From NCBI GenBank assembly GCA_964016885.1, contig OZ024761.1:12214001-12278000 (forward strand): 64,000 nt of DNA. The letters are read 5' to 3'. The translations under genes and the position numbers were made by a program. How positions within the stretch are numbered: position 1 is the stretch's first letter; the number at the start of each line of letters is the position of its first letter. The DNA is from Eledone cirrhosa (taxonomy: Eukaryota). The notes beneath the pieces were generated by a model. That model did no database searches and had not been told where the DNA came from. It saw only the letters and a program-made list of their open reading frames with translations. Below, piece by piece: positions 1 through 13,053 of the stretch.

Positions 1-1132
1 AGAATCTGAATCCATCAAGCTGTCCAAGACACGCGTTGAAGTCTCCGCCAATGATGAGAACATTATGTTTCGGGATTTGTCCAGTGAGTGATGTTAGTTC
101 CATGTAGAACCTCTCTACTTCGGCCATGTCACATACATGTGTTGGACTATAGCAAGAGATGACAGTGGTTTCAGGATTCCCGTTAAACGTAGCTATCATT
201 ATCCTTGATGTGATCATTTCAACACTCGCAAGTGCATCATAGGCTCGCGGACTGAAAAGCATTCCAACTCCACCATTTGCTGCATTCATGTTGTTTTTCC
301 AAGCTGAGCAGGTTATCAGCCTCCAATTACCAAATATTTGCTCCTTTGTTACAAACTCTTCATGTATGAACCGGTGCTCCTGAAGACAGATAACATCATG
401 GTTGGTCGCCCCTGCTGAAGCAATCAGTTCAGGGATTTTATGTTCTTTCTGGAGTGTTTGAACATTGAGTGTACCAGCAAGGATGTCTATCTTTCCGTGT
501 ACAAGTCGGGTTGGTTGTTTTCTCCGTGTATGTTTCCCAGTATCTGATTTTTCGACTACAATCTGGGAATCCGTTGCAGGACGCGCTCCTTGTTTAACCA
601 CTGCGGGATGAACATCGAAGGATTTGTGTCATATTTAGCTTTCAATAGCTGGATATACACATGCGGTCGCTACTCCATACACGTGAAAGCAGTACTCTGT
701 ATTAGAGCGGTTGTGCCTCACCGAAACATCCAACAATAGTTGATATGATCGCCTTGCCATTAGTAGTATGAACCAAATTCACAGTTATTTGATCATTGCC
801 TTATCTACTGATCCGATATCCTGCTTACCAATGTCGTCGTTTAACCCAGTCAGGATTGGTTTGATCAGCCTATCAAGGCCACAGAGCTCTGTCCGCCCCG
901 GCTTTGAAATCAGAGTGGTCCCTCTCCTAGACAGATTGCCGACCAAGGCTATCAAATATACACTATATACATATTTACACAATTTTTGGATGGCCGTTGA
1001 CTCTTATGAGTTCTTCCGCCCTTTGTCAGGTTTTGTTTTTGTCCCGCAGGATGTCCAAAATCACCCTCCTCACCAAGTAAACTTGATGGGGTTGCCGGTT
1101 TAGTCGCCGACGATCCAACTATGCGACAGGGG
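1..1132 (-). mobile_element. 5' part of an RTE-clade LINE: 5' UTR plus apurinic endonuclease (APE) domain running off the window start
   Basis: Manual minus-strand translation of ~490-1 gives GTLNVQTL...DVICLQEHR...GGVGMLFS...ISCYSPT...LIIGGDFNACLG, open to position 1. The upstream GGCAATCTGTCTAGGAGAGGGACCACTCTGATTTCAAA resembles RTE 5' leader motifs. Confidence 0.85.
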
Positions 1133-1756
1133 ACATGTGACTAGAATGTCTCAGGAAAGAATCTCCGAATTGAGAGATAACAGCTCCGATATTACAGACA
1201 TGTGGTTAGAATGTCTCAGGGTAGAATCGCTGGACAGCTTTGTAGCTTGGAGATCAGTCAGAGTCACTCCAGGTAGAACCGCTATTTCTCCGAATTGAGA
1301 GATCACAGCTCCGATACTATGGATATATGGCTAAATGGAGGGTCCTTTACACAACCCAACACTGGTCAATTATGGCTAAGGCTGGAAGGGGGGGGGGAGG
1401 CGAGGGGTCCCCTTTATACAACCCTGCACACATATGCTTATGGTTGTATAGATAAAAAAAAAAACAAGAAAAACCACCTTTCACCTTTAGCAAACATAAA
1501 ACCCAGTAAAACAAAACCACCACCAACAACAACAAAGAACTGAGTCTATTAGTAATTCCATCACACTGTAAAACTGTACACATTTTAATTAGTCTTTTGA
1601 AACTGAAGTAGGGGGGGGGGGGGCAAAGAAACACGAAAATCAGGTTTGAATTACTAAACCTGTTTTGTTTACTAAATAAACCAAACAAACAGTTGAATAC
1701 ATCGTAGAATGGATTCTAACTGGACAATTCTAGGTCCTGTCTTACCATATCGTTTA

Positions 1757-3592
<1,836 letters not shown>

Positions 3593-3781
3593 ATCTTGGC
3601 CACTTTAAACTTGGCGAAACCCATCTCCTCTCTTCAGCTCTGAACAGAGCCAATTCCTTACAGAAAAGAAGGAGAGGAAGAAGAGAGAGAGGAATTGATC
3701 CTGTACTCTACTTTATTGGTACTTTATTTATCGACCTCGAAATGATGAAAGGCAAAGTTGACCTCAGAGACTAATTGATGC

Positions 3782-3860
3782 TTATCGACCGTGACTGATT
3801 GATGGTTATCGACCGTGACTGATTGATGGTTATCGACCGTGACTGATTGATGGTTATCGA
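3782..3860 (+). repeat. 24-bp minisatellite (TTATCGACCGTGACTGATTGATGG), about 3.3 copies, next to a SINE body fragment at ~3700-3770
   Basis: Direct tandem copies. Confidence 0.85.
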
Positions 3861-4023
3861 TTGTGAAAGGGAGTCTCGGCAATCGAGAGAAAATACAACG
3901 AAAACAAAAGAAAGACCCCTTTTGTTTTCTATTACTAACGATATCAAACCCTGGACACTTTTTAGGGTGCAAACGAAAAGATAAAATAAAATGAAAACGT
4001 GATATATATATATTATATTATAT

Positions 4024-4212
4024 TCGGTGGATTGGCAGTATCGGTAGAGGGTCGGACGCCATGCTTTGGCGCATAGAGTTACGGCCCTTGCCATTTTGAG
4101 TTCAAATCCCGCCGAGGTTAACTTTGCCTTTCATCCTTACGGGGTCGATAAAATAAAGTACCAGTAATGCACTGGGGTAATTGCTGGCCTTGTGCCTAAA
4201 GTAGAAACAATT
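4024..4212 (+). mobile_element. tRNA-derived SINE (family 1)
   Basis: A-box-like TGGCAGTATCGG and B-box GAGTTCAAATCC, with central CTTTCATCCTTACGGGGTCGATAAAATAAAGTACC. Near-identical copies occur at 39421, 44517 and 49505. Confidence 0.85.
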
Positions 4213-4273
4213 ATATTATATTATATTATGTATATGTATATGTATATATATAATATACATATATATACATATA

Positions 4274-4311
<38 letters not shown>

Positions 4312-4349
4312 TATATATATATATGTATATATATATGTATATATATATG

Positions 4350-4445
<96 letters not shown>

Positions 4446-4661
4446 TTTCGTTTCTGAATTTGTTTAGCAAGATTCTTTATCTGAAATCGTGTGTTGAAAC
4501 CGATATTGTTATACTTTGGGAGGGTCATGTTGCCAATAAGAAACACACGCACCAGTTGCTTTCACTTCAATTTAATTTAATATATATTTATAAATTTACA
4601 AATTTATAAATTTCTGGTTGGTTGGTTGGTTCCACAACCAGATAGTTGTTTATATATATAT

Positions 4662-4706
4662 AGTCATAGTTCTTTCGTCACACACTCTGTGACCTCTTCA
4701 GTGACT
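4662..4706 (-). ncRNA. Minimal type-I hammerhead ribozyme in PLE pseudo-LTR (copy 1)
   Basis: Sense strand reads AGTCA-CTGAAGAG-GTCACA gagtg TGTGAC-GAAA-G aa C-TA^TGACT. Stem I is AGTCA/TGACT, stem II is 6 bp, stem III is tiny. Confidence 0.8.
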
Positions 4707-5002
4707 GGGGATTTCTTTCTTCGTTTCTGTGCCTTTCCTTTCTTCTATCCTACGCCATTTTGTTTGTGTGTGGGTTGCGTGCTCAGTTTGCGCATGCGCC
4801 ACATCCGGGTGTCTGTGTGTGTTTGTGTTCATTTTTCTATTTTTCTATTTATATTTGTTTGTTTATTTATTTATTTATTGTTGGTTGGTTGTTTGTTCTA
4901 TGTGTGTGTGTGTTTTCATTTTGTCTTGTGTGTGTTTTCATTTTGTGTGTGTTTTCAATTGTAAGTTGTTTATATATGTGTGTGTGTGTTTTCATTTTGT
5001 CC

Positions 5003-8000
5003 TTAATTGTAAGTTGTGATGTTGCTGTTCCACTCATATTTTCTATTTAATTTTGGTTTTAATTCTTTTATGCTTACTGCCTCTGTAATTTGCCTAAACA
5101 TTGCGTCTTTCTTGTGTGTGGATTCTATTTTTATTTCTATGCTCTCTAATTTACCCCTGTGTTCTATCTTAGCATGTTGGTAGAGCACAGATGATTCTTT
5201 ACTATCTTGGAGGTCTCGCCAGTGTTCATTTATTCGTTCCCCTATACTACGAGCTGTCTCACCTATGTACACTATATTTTTGTTTCTACATTGTCCCTCA
5301 GTACATCTTATGCTATATACTACATTTCTAGTTTTACAGTTAATATGGGGGCTTATTTTACAGGTTATACATTTCTTATCTATACATGAGGGTCTTTGGA
5401 ACGGGTATGTCTTGCTAATAAGTGTTTTTACGGAGGTACCAGGTCTTTCTACTATCTTAATATTGAGATTATGTTTCTTTAGGGCCCTTCTAAATTTGTA
5501 GGCTAGTTCACCTCTAGGGGTTGTATTGATGAACATTACACTCTGGTATTTATTGCTATCATACCATGAGTTTATTCTATTGGCCTTGTTCTTAGTTCTT
5601 TCTATTCTATTCCAAAATTTGCTCCTATACAAGGGGCAGGTCCCATTTATGTCATTATTTACCATTTTTTCCCATTTGGTTCTGGCTCCTTTATACACTC
5701 TGATTCTATCTCTCTGATTGTAGCCAGAGAACTGCATACGGTGGATGAAGTGTTGTATGTGTCTCTCTAGTTCTTCGGGGTTGCACATGCGGGACACATT
5801 TCTCATCACCCGTATCAAATCCGCAATCAGTATGTTGATTTTGGTATGGTCCGAAATGGCCGAGTTTCGGTGGATCAGATGTTTGGAAGTCATGGGTTTG
5901 GCATAATGGGAATGGAGGATTTGTTTTTGGTTGTTAATAGTATCTAACCAGAGCTCTGTGTCTAGTACAGGTAATCGATGGTTGGGGTGTCTACTTGGGT
6001 AGTCTATAGTAACTCTAATGCTCTGGTGGATGGAGTTTGCTATTTGCTGGATGCTTTCCATTGTGTTTTTCTCAGGTTCCTGACTGTTCTTTAGTGGGGG
6101 TGTCTTAACTACGATGTTTATATCATCTACGTAGCGGGAGTACATTATCAGGGTTAATCTGTCTTCTAATTGTTCTTTAAGTTTTTGTTTAAGTCTACTG
6201 TCCCACCATACCATGAACAAGTTAGCTATGTCGCCTGCAATGCTAACACCAATGGCTGCTCCTTCCTCTTGGGCATATGTTTTACCATTAAATTTGAACA
6301 TATGTTCCTTAAGGGTTAATTTTATGCTGGCCCCTACCGCATGTGCAATCATTTTCTTCAGTTCATCGTGGTTTTCGGGTGTCCGTATGGCTCTGGTCCA
6401 CCCGTTCCATCTATCTGTGTGGGTTTTCTTGGCCATTGAGGTAATGGTAGGTGGTCTGCCTCTTGCTGGTCTTGTAGGGCACAGGTTGCTAAGGTCATAA
6501 GTGTCTAGGTAACTATTACTATGGGTAAGCTTAAGTAGAAGTCCCAGCTCACTGGTATCAATCCCACGGAACTCAACCTTGCTCTCGCTGATCATTTCGA
6601 CGCATTTCTCCACAGCAAAATCCACGTCAATAGATGGATACAGGGACGCAACATCCATACTGCCTATTATGCAGTTTGTTAGGTCCCCAGATCGGTTACC
6701 CGCGTCGATTCTGCTGAGGAGGTCCTCCGTGCTGTCACACACATCTGGGGACATCTCAATGATGGGGCGTATGATCAGGGAGAGGAAGTAGGACAGTCTG
6801 TAGTTACTAGCAATGTTAGCCCCACAGACTGGCCGTGTTGGTGGTCCCGCGACAGGGTCCCAGCCCGTTTTATGGTCTTTTCGAAGCCCATACAACGCCG
6901 GCACGTCATTGTTCCAGGCCTGGAAGTTGTTGGCAGTCCTTTTGTTGGGCTGCATTATATTTGTCCACATCACCATATGGGCATTGAGGGTTTTTTCTCT
7001 GTCCTCATGCTCCTGTGGTGTTACCTCTCTTGTGTTAGTGATGTGGGGTTGCATTGCTTGGATGTAGTTTGGCAGGCTGTCAACCGACATTCTGCCGGAC
7101 TTGTCTGTTGGAAAGCATGCTATCTCTCCATTACGCGAGCGCTGCATGAGCTTACGCAAGCCATTTGCAGATTCTTCTCCCAGTTGCTGGGCCTCTATTC
7201 TATTATGCTTCTTGCTATACTGTTCTATAATATTTCTAAGTTCGGATTTAGCTATACTAAATTGTGCTTCTGTTTGTTCATCGACCTGCGACGGCAACTG
7301 CGTGCGTTTGTTAAATGGCAAAGTCGTGGCGTGGACTCGTCGTAGGTCGAATGATTTATCGGAGGGGTTATAAAACGGAGAGTTCCAGGCTGCTGCTTTA
7401 TGTGTACTTGCGCTATTGTTAGTTGTGTTGTTTCTATTTCCACCAACAGCAGCAGCCTCAGCTTCATGGTTGTTTCTATGTCTCTCATAATTACTCCTAT
7501 CTCTTTCCACTGGCTCAATGTTGTTATCTACCCTATTTTGTGTGTCTGTGTGTTCGTCTTGGTTATTCTCTTTGTCCTTAGTCTCCCTACTCCTTTTAAT
7601 CCTATTACTTTCTCTTATTTCTCTGATTTCTGTGCTACTGTCATTACTTGTTTTCTGTGTCTGTGTGTTTGTTAAGATTGTAGTGGTGGTGAGAGGCATT
7701 GAATGTGTGTGTGTTGTTGTTGTTGATGTGTGTTGTTGTTGATGTGTGTTGTTGTCTCCGTGTGTGTGTGTGTTATCGTTGTTGTGTGTGTTGTTATTGT
7801 TGTTTGTGTTTGCGTGTCTGTTGTTGTTGTATCTGGGTATGTTGCTGTTGTTGTTGTTGTTGATGTGTGTGTTGTTGTTATTGTTGTCTCCGTGTGTGTT
7901 GTTATTGTTGTTTGTGTCTGCGTGTCTGTTGTCTCCGTGTGTGTGTGTGTTATCGTTGTTGTGTGTGTTGTTATTGTTGTTTGTGTTTGCGTGTCTGTTG

Positions 8001-8986
8001 TTGTTGTATCTGGGTATGTTGCTGTTGTTGTTGTTGTTGATGTGTGTGTTGTTGTTATTGTTGTCTCCGTGTGTGTTGTTATTGTTGTTTGTGTCTGCGT
8101 GTCTGTTGTATCTGGGTATGTTGCTATTGTTGTTATTGTATCTGGGTATGTTGCTATTGTTGTTGTTATTGTTGTTTGTGTCTGTGTGTCTGTTGTTGTT
8201 GGGATGTGTGTTGTATATGTGTGTGCGTATATTGTTGCTTTTGTTTTTGTTTTTGATGCTCCAGCGTAGTTTCGTAAATGATTTTTCTATTTCTGACAGA
8301 CAACTAATCATATTTACCTTCTTAAATGTCGCAAATTTGGGTGGCAGACTTAACACAGACATTTCATTAATATCTATTTTCGTGTTTCCATAAATGTTGG
8401 TATTTTCATTGTTGAACTCTTCAGATAATGAGGTGTCGGCCATGTTGATACCGTCAATTTTGTCGGGATATCTATTGGTATACTCTATAGTATCCCGATT
8501 TAGCTTTGCCTGTTTAAGCCACTTTAATTTTCTGTTAAAGTGCTTATTACATTCTTGAGTAATGTACTGTTCTTCGGGGCGTATAAGGCTTATAAATGTT
8601 AGTTTTTCTGCTGGTGTGGTGATTTTAGATATTTCATCTATTAGGTTACGCTTTAGTTTTTCTTGATGACTTAATTCTCTATAGATCTTCTTTTTTATGT
8701 TTAGAATTAAAGTTCGTTTTAGCCCATCTGCTTGTTTTTTGGTGAGTTGTAATCTTCTAACGTCGGTATTGATGGTGTTGGTGTAGATTCTAGAAGTGGT
8801 GCACAGTTTTATGAAGTGTAGTTGTCGAGATGTTATGGTTTTTCGTAGACAACAGAACATGGTGGTTTTCAGTATCTTGTTAGCCTGGCTAAGGCTTACG
8901 ATATTTCGTTTCTGAATTTGTTTAGCAAGATTCTTTATCTGAAATCGTGTGTTGAAACCGATATTGTTATACTTTGGGAGGGTCAT
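5003..8986 (-). CDS. Intact PLE polyprotein: Asn/His/Thr-rich N-terminal insert, reverse transcriptase, CxxxxCxxC linker, GIY-YIG endonuclease (Neptune/Naiad-like)
   Basis: Motifs PTDKSG, GSMDVASLYPSI, QEEGAAIG, YSRYVDDIN, PSCIDKKCITC, NVVYSIRC...YIGETARSIGERINEH, EAVSIKELKPKLN. First ATG at 8986; the ORF track opens at GTG 9010. Confidence 0.93.
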   Translation of the reverse strand: MTLPKYNNIGFNTRFQIKNLAKQIQKRNIVSLSQANKILKTTMFCCLRKTITSRQLHFIKLCTTSRIYTNTINTDVRRLQLTKKQADGLKRTLILNIKKKIYRELSHQEKLKRNLIDEISKITTPAEKLTFISLIRPEEQYITQECNKHFNRKLKWLKQAKLNRDTIEYTNRYPDKIDGINMADTSLSEEFNNENTNIYGNTKIDINEMSVLSLPPKFATFKKVNMISCLSEIEKSFTKLRWSIKNKNKSNNIRTHIYNTHPNNNRHTDTNNNNNNNSNIPRYNNNNSNIPRYNRHADTNNNNNTHGDNNNNNTHINNNNNSNIPRYNNNRHANTNNNNNTHNNDNTHTHGDNRHADTNNNNNTHGDNNNNNTHINNNNNSNIPRYNNNRHANTNNNNNTHNNDNTHTHGDNNTHQQQHTSTTTTHTHSMPLTTTTILTNTQTQKTSNDSSTEIREIRESNRIKRSRETKDKENNQDEHTDTQNRVDNNIEPVERDRSNYERHRNNHEAEAAAVGGNRNNTTNNSASTHKAAAWNSPFYNPSDKSFDLRRVHATTLPFNKRTQLPSQVDEQTEAQFSIAKSELRNIIEQYSKKHNRIEAQQLGEESANGLRKLMQRSRNGEIACFPTDKSGRMSVDSLPNYIQAMQPHITNTREVTPQEHEDREKTLNAHMVMWTNIMQPNKRTANNFQAWNNDVPALYGLRKDHKTGWDPVAGPPTRPVCGANIASNYRLSYFLSLIIRPIIEMSPDVCDSTEDLLSRIDAGNRSGDLTNCIIGSMDVASLYPSIDVDFAVEKCVEMISESKVEFRGIDTSELGLLLKLTHSNSYLDTYDLSNLCPTRPARGRPPTITSMAKKTHTDRWNGWTRAIRTPENHDELKKMIAHAVGASIKLTLKEHMFKFNGKTYAQEEGAAIGVSIAGDIANLFMVWWDSRLKQKLKEQLEDRLTLIMYSRYVDDINIVVKTPPLKNSQEPEKNTMESIQQIANSIHQSIRVTIDYPSRHPNHRLPVLDTELWLDTINNQKQILHSHYAKPMTSKHLIHRNSAISDHTKINILIADLIRVMRNVSRMCNPEELERHIQHFIHRMQFSGYNQRDRIRVYKGARTKWEKMVNNDINGTCPLYRSKFWNRIERTKNKANRINSWYDSNKYQSVMFINTTPRGELAYKFRRALKKHNLNIKIVERPGTSVKTLISKTYPFQRPSCIDKKCITCKISPHINCKTRNVVYSIRCTEGQCRNKNIVYIGETARSIGERINEHWRDLQDSKESSVLYQHAKIEHRGKLESIEIKIESTHKKDAMFRQITEAVSIKELKPKLNRKYEWNSNITTYN

Positions 8987-9119
8987 GTTGCCAATAAGAA
9001 ACACACGCACCAGTTGCTTTCACTTCAATTTAATTTAATATATATTTATAAATTTACAAATTTATAAATTTCTGGTTGGTTGGTTGGTTCCACAACCAGA
9101 TAGTTGTTTATATATATAT

Positions 9120-9164
9120 AGTCATAGTTCTTTCGTCACACACTCTGTGACCTCTTCAGTGACT
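9120..9164 (-). ncRNA. Minimal hammerhead ribozyme in PLE pseudo-LTR (copy 2)
   Basis: Identical to 4662-4706. Confidence 0.8.
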
Positions 9165-9460
9165 GGGGATTTCTTTCTTCGTTTCTGTGCCTTTCCTTTC
9201 TTCTATCCTACGCCATTTTGTTTGTGTGTGGGTTGCGTGCTCAGTTTGCGCATGCGCCACATCCGGGTGTCTGTGTGTGTTTGTGTTCATTTTTCTATTT
9301 TTCTATTTATATTTGTTTGTTTATTTATTTATTTATTGTTGGTTGGTTGTTTGTTCTATGTGTGTGTGTGTTTTCATTTTGTCTTGTGTGTGTTTTCATT
9401 TTGTGTGTGTTTTCAATTGTAAGTTGTTTATATATGTGTGTGTGTGTTTTCATTTTGTCC

Positions 9461-12400
9461 TTAATTGTAAGTTGTGATGTTGCTGTTCCACTCATATTTT
9501 CTATTTAATTTTGGTTTTAATTCTTTTATGCTTACTGCCTCTGTAATTTGCCTAAACATTGCGTCTTTCTTGTGTGTGGATTCTATTTTTATTTCTATGC
9601 TCTCTAATTTACCCCTGTGTTCTATCTTAGCATGTTGGTAGAGCACAGATGATTCTTTACTATCTTGGAGGTCTCACCAGTGTTCATTTATTCGTTCCCC
9701 TATACTACGAGCTGTCTCACCTATGTACACTATATTTTTGTTTCTACATTGTCCCTCAGTACATCTTATGCTATATACTACATTTCTAGTTTTACAGTTA
9801 ATATGGGGGCTTATTTTACAGGTTATACATTTCTTATCTATACATGAGGGTCTTTGGAACGGGTATGTCTTGCTAATAAGTGTTTTTACGGAGGTACCAG
9901 GTCTTTCTACTATCTTAATATTGAGATTATGTTTCTTTAGGGCCCTTCTAAATTTGTAGGCTAGTTCACCTCTAGGGGTTGTATTGATGAACATTACACT
10001 CTGGTATTTATTGCTATCATACCATGAGTTTATTCTATTGGCCTTGTTCTTAGTTCTTTCTATTCTATTCCAAAATTTGCTCCTATACAAGGGGCAGGTC
10101 CCATTTATGTCATTATTTACCATTTTTTCCCATTTGGTTCTGGCTCCTTTATACACTCTGATTCTATCTCTCTGATTGTAGCCAGAGAACTGCATACGGT
10201 GGATGAAGTGTTGTATGTGTCTCTCTAGTTCTTCGGGGTTGCACATGCGGGACACATTTCTCATCACCCGTATCAAATCCGCAATCAGTATGTTGATTTT
10301 GGTATGGTCCGAAATGGCCGAGTTTCGGTGGATCAGATGTTTGGAAGTCATGGGTTTGGCATAATGGGAATGGAGGATTTGTTTTTGGTTGTTAATAGTA
10401 TCTAACCAGAGCTCTGTGTCTAGTACAGGTAATCGATGGTTGGGGTGTCTACTTGGGTAGTCTATAGTAACTCTAATGCTCTGGTGGATGGAGTTTGCTA
10501 TTTGCTGGATGCTTTCCATTGTGTTTTTCTCAGGTTCCTGACTGTTCTTTAGTGGGGGTGTCTTAACTACGATGTTTATATCATCTACGTAGCGGGAGTA
10601 CATTATCAGGGTTAATCTGTCTTCTAATTGTTCTTTAAGTTTTTGTTTAAGTCTACTGTCCCACCATACCATGAACAAGTTAGCTATGTCGCCTGCAATG
10701 CTAACACCAATGGCTGCTCCTTCCTCTTGGGCATATGTTTTACCATTAAATTTGAACATATGTTCCTTAAGGGTTAATTTTATGCTGGCCCCTACCGCAT
10801 GTGCAATCATTTTCTTCAGTTCATCGTGGTTTTCGGGTGTCCGTATGGCTCTGGTCCACCCGTTCCATCTATCTGTGTGGGTTTTCTTGGCCATTGAGGT
10901 AATGGTAGGTGGTCTGCCTCTTGCTGGTCTTGTAGGGCACAGGTTGCTAAGGTCATAAGTGTCTAGGTAACTATTACTATGGGTAAGCTTAAGTAGAAGT
11001 CCCAGCTCACTGGTATCAATCCCACGGAACTCAACCTTGCTCTCGCTGATCATTTCGACGCATTTCTCCACAGCAAAATCCACGTCAATAGATGGATACA
11101 GGGACGCAACATCCATACTGCCTATTATGCAGTTTGTTAGGTCCCCAGATCGGTTACCCGCGTCGATTCTGCTGAGGAGGTCCTCCGTGCTGTCACACAC
11201 ATCTGGGGACATCTCAATGATGGGGCGTATGATCAGGGAGAGGAAGTAGGACAGTCTGTAGTTACTAGCAATGTTAGCCCCACAGACTGGCCGTGTTGGT
11301 GGTCCCGCGACAGGGTCCCAGCCCGTTTTATGGTCTTTTCGAAGCCCATACAACGCCGGCACGTCATTGTTCCAGGCCTGGAAGTTGTTGGCAGTCCTTT
11401 TGTTGGGCTGCATTATATTTGTCCACATCACCATATGGGCATTGAGGGTTTTTTCTCTGTCCTCATGCTCCTGTGGTGTTACCTCTCTTGTGTTAGTGAT
11501 GTGGGGTTGCATTGCTTGGATGTAGTTTGGCAGGCTGTCAACCGACATTCTGCCGGACTTGTCTGTTGGAAAGCATGCTATCTCTCCATTACGCGAGCGC
11601 TGCATGAGCTTACGCAAGCCATTTGCAGATTCTTCTCCCAGTTGCTGGGCCTCTATTCTATTATGCTTCTTGCTATACTGTTCTATAATATTTCTAAGTT
11701 CGGATTTAGCTATACTAAATTGTGCTTCTGTTTGTTCATCGACCTGCGACGGCAACTGCGTGCGTTTGTTAAATGGCAAAGTCGTGGCGTGGACTCGTCG
11801 TAGGTCGAATGATTTATCGGAGGGGTTATAAAACGGAGAGTTCCAGGCTGCTGCTTTATGTGTACTTGCGCTATTGTTAGTTGTGTTGTTTCTATTTCCA
11901 CCAACAGCAGCAGCCTCAGCTTCATGGTTGTTTCTATGTCTCTCATAATTACTCCTATCTCTTTCCACTGGCTCAATGTTGTTATCTACCCTATTTTGTG
12001 TGTCTGTGTGTTCGTCTTGGTTATTCTCTTTGTCCTTAGTCTCCCTACTCCTTTTAATCCTATTACTTTCTCTTATTTCTCTGATTTCTGTGCTACTGTC
12101 ATTACTTGTTTTCTGTGTCTGTGTGTTTGTTAAGATTGTAGTGGTGGTGAGAGGCATTGAATGTGTGTGTGTTGTTGTTGTTGATGTGTGTTGTTGTTGA
12201 TGTGTGTTGTTGTCTCCGTGTGTGTGTGTGTTATCGTTGTTGTGTGTGTTGTTATTGTTGTTTGTGTTTGCGTGTCTGTTGTTGTTGTATCTGGGTATGT
12301 TGCTGTTGTTGTTGTTGTTGATGTGTGTGTTGTTGTTATTGTTGTCTCCGTGTGTGTTGTTATTGTTGTTTGTGTCTGCGTGTCTGTTGTCTCCGTGTGT

Positions 12401-13053
12401 GTGTGTGTTATCGTTGTTGTGTGTGTTGTTATTGTTGTTTGTGTTTGCGTGTCTGTTGTTGTTGTATCTGGGTATGTTGCTGTTGTTGTTGTTGTTGATG
12501 TGTGTGTTGTTGTTATTGTTGTCTCCGTGTGTGTTGTTATTGTTGTTTGTGTCTGCGTGTCTGTTGTATCTGGGTATGTTGCTATTGTTGTTATTGTATC
12601 TGGGTATGTTGCTATTGTTGTTGTTATTGTTGTTTGTGTCTGTGTGTCTGTTGTTGTTGGGATGTGTGTTGTATATGTGTGTGCGTATATTGTTGCTTTT
12701 GTTTTTGTTTTTGATGCTCCAGCGTAGTTTCGTAAATGATTTTTCTATTTCTGACAGACAACTAATCATATTTACCTTCTTAAATGTCGCAAATTTGGGT
12801 GGCAGACTTAACACAGACATTTCATTAATATCTATTTTCGTGTTTCCATAAATGTTGGTATTTTCATTGTTGAACTCTTCAGATAATGAGGTGTCGGCCA
12901 TGTTGATACCGTCAATTTTGTCGGGATATCTATTGGTATACTCTATAGTATCCCGATTTAGCTTTGCCTGTTTAAGCCACTTTAATTTTCTGTTAAAGTG
13001 CTTATTACATTCTTGAGTAATGTACTGTTCTTCGGGGCGTATAAGGCTTATAA
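9461..13053 (-). pseudogene. Second PLE ORF copy, 5'-truncated, with a nonsense change in the GIY-YIG domain
   Basis: Matches copy 1 except CGA>TGA at 9674-9676. Truncated at the inversion junction. Confidence 0.9.

Noticed and set aside
9674-9676. In-frame TGA in PLE copy 2 as selenocysteine (some Naiad PLEs encode selenoproteins)
   Set aside because: The codon is CGA (Arg) in the other two copies, not a Cys position. A simple CpG transition explains it.
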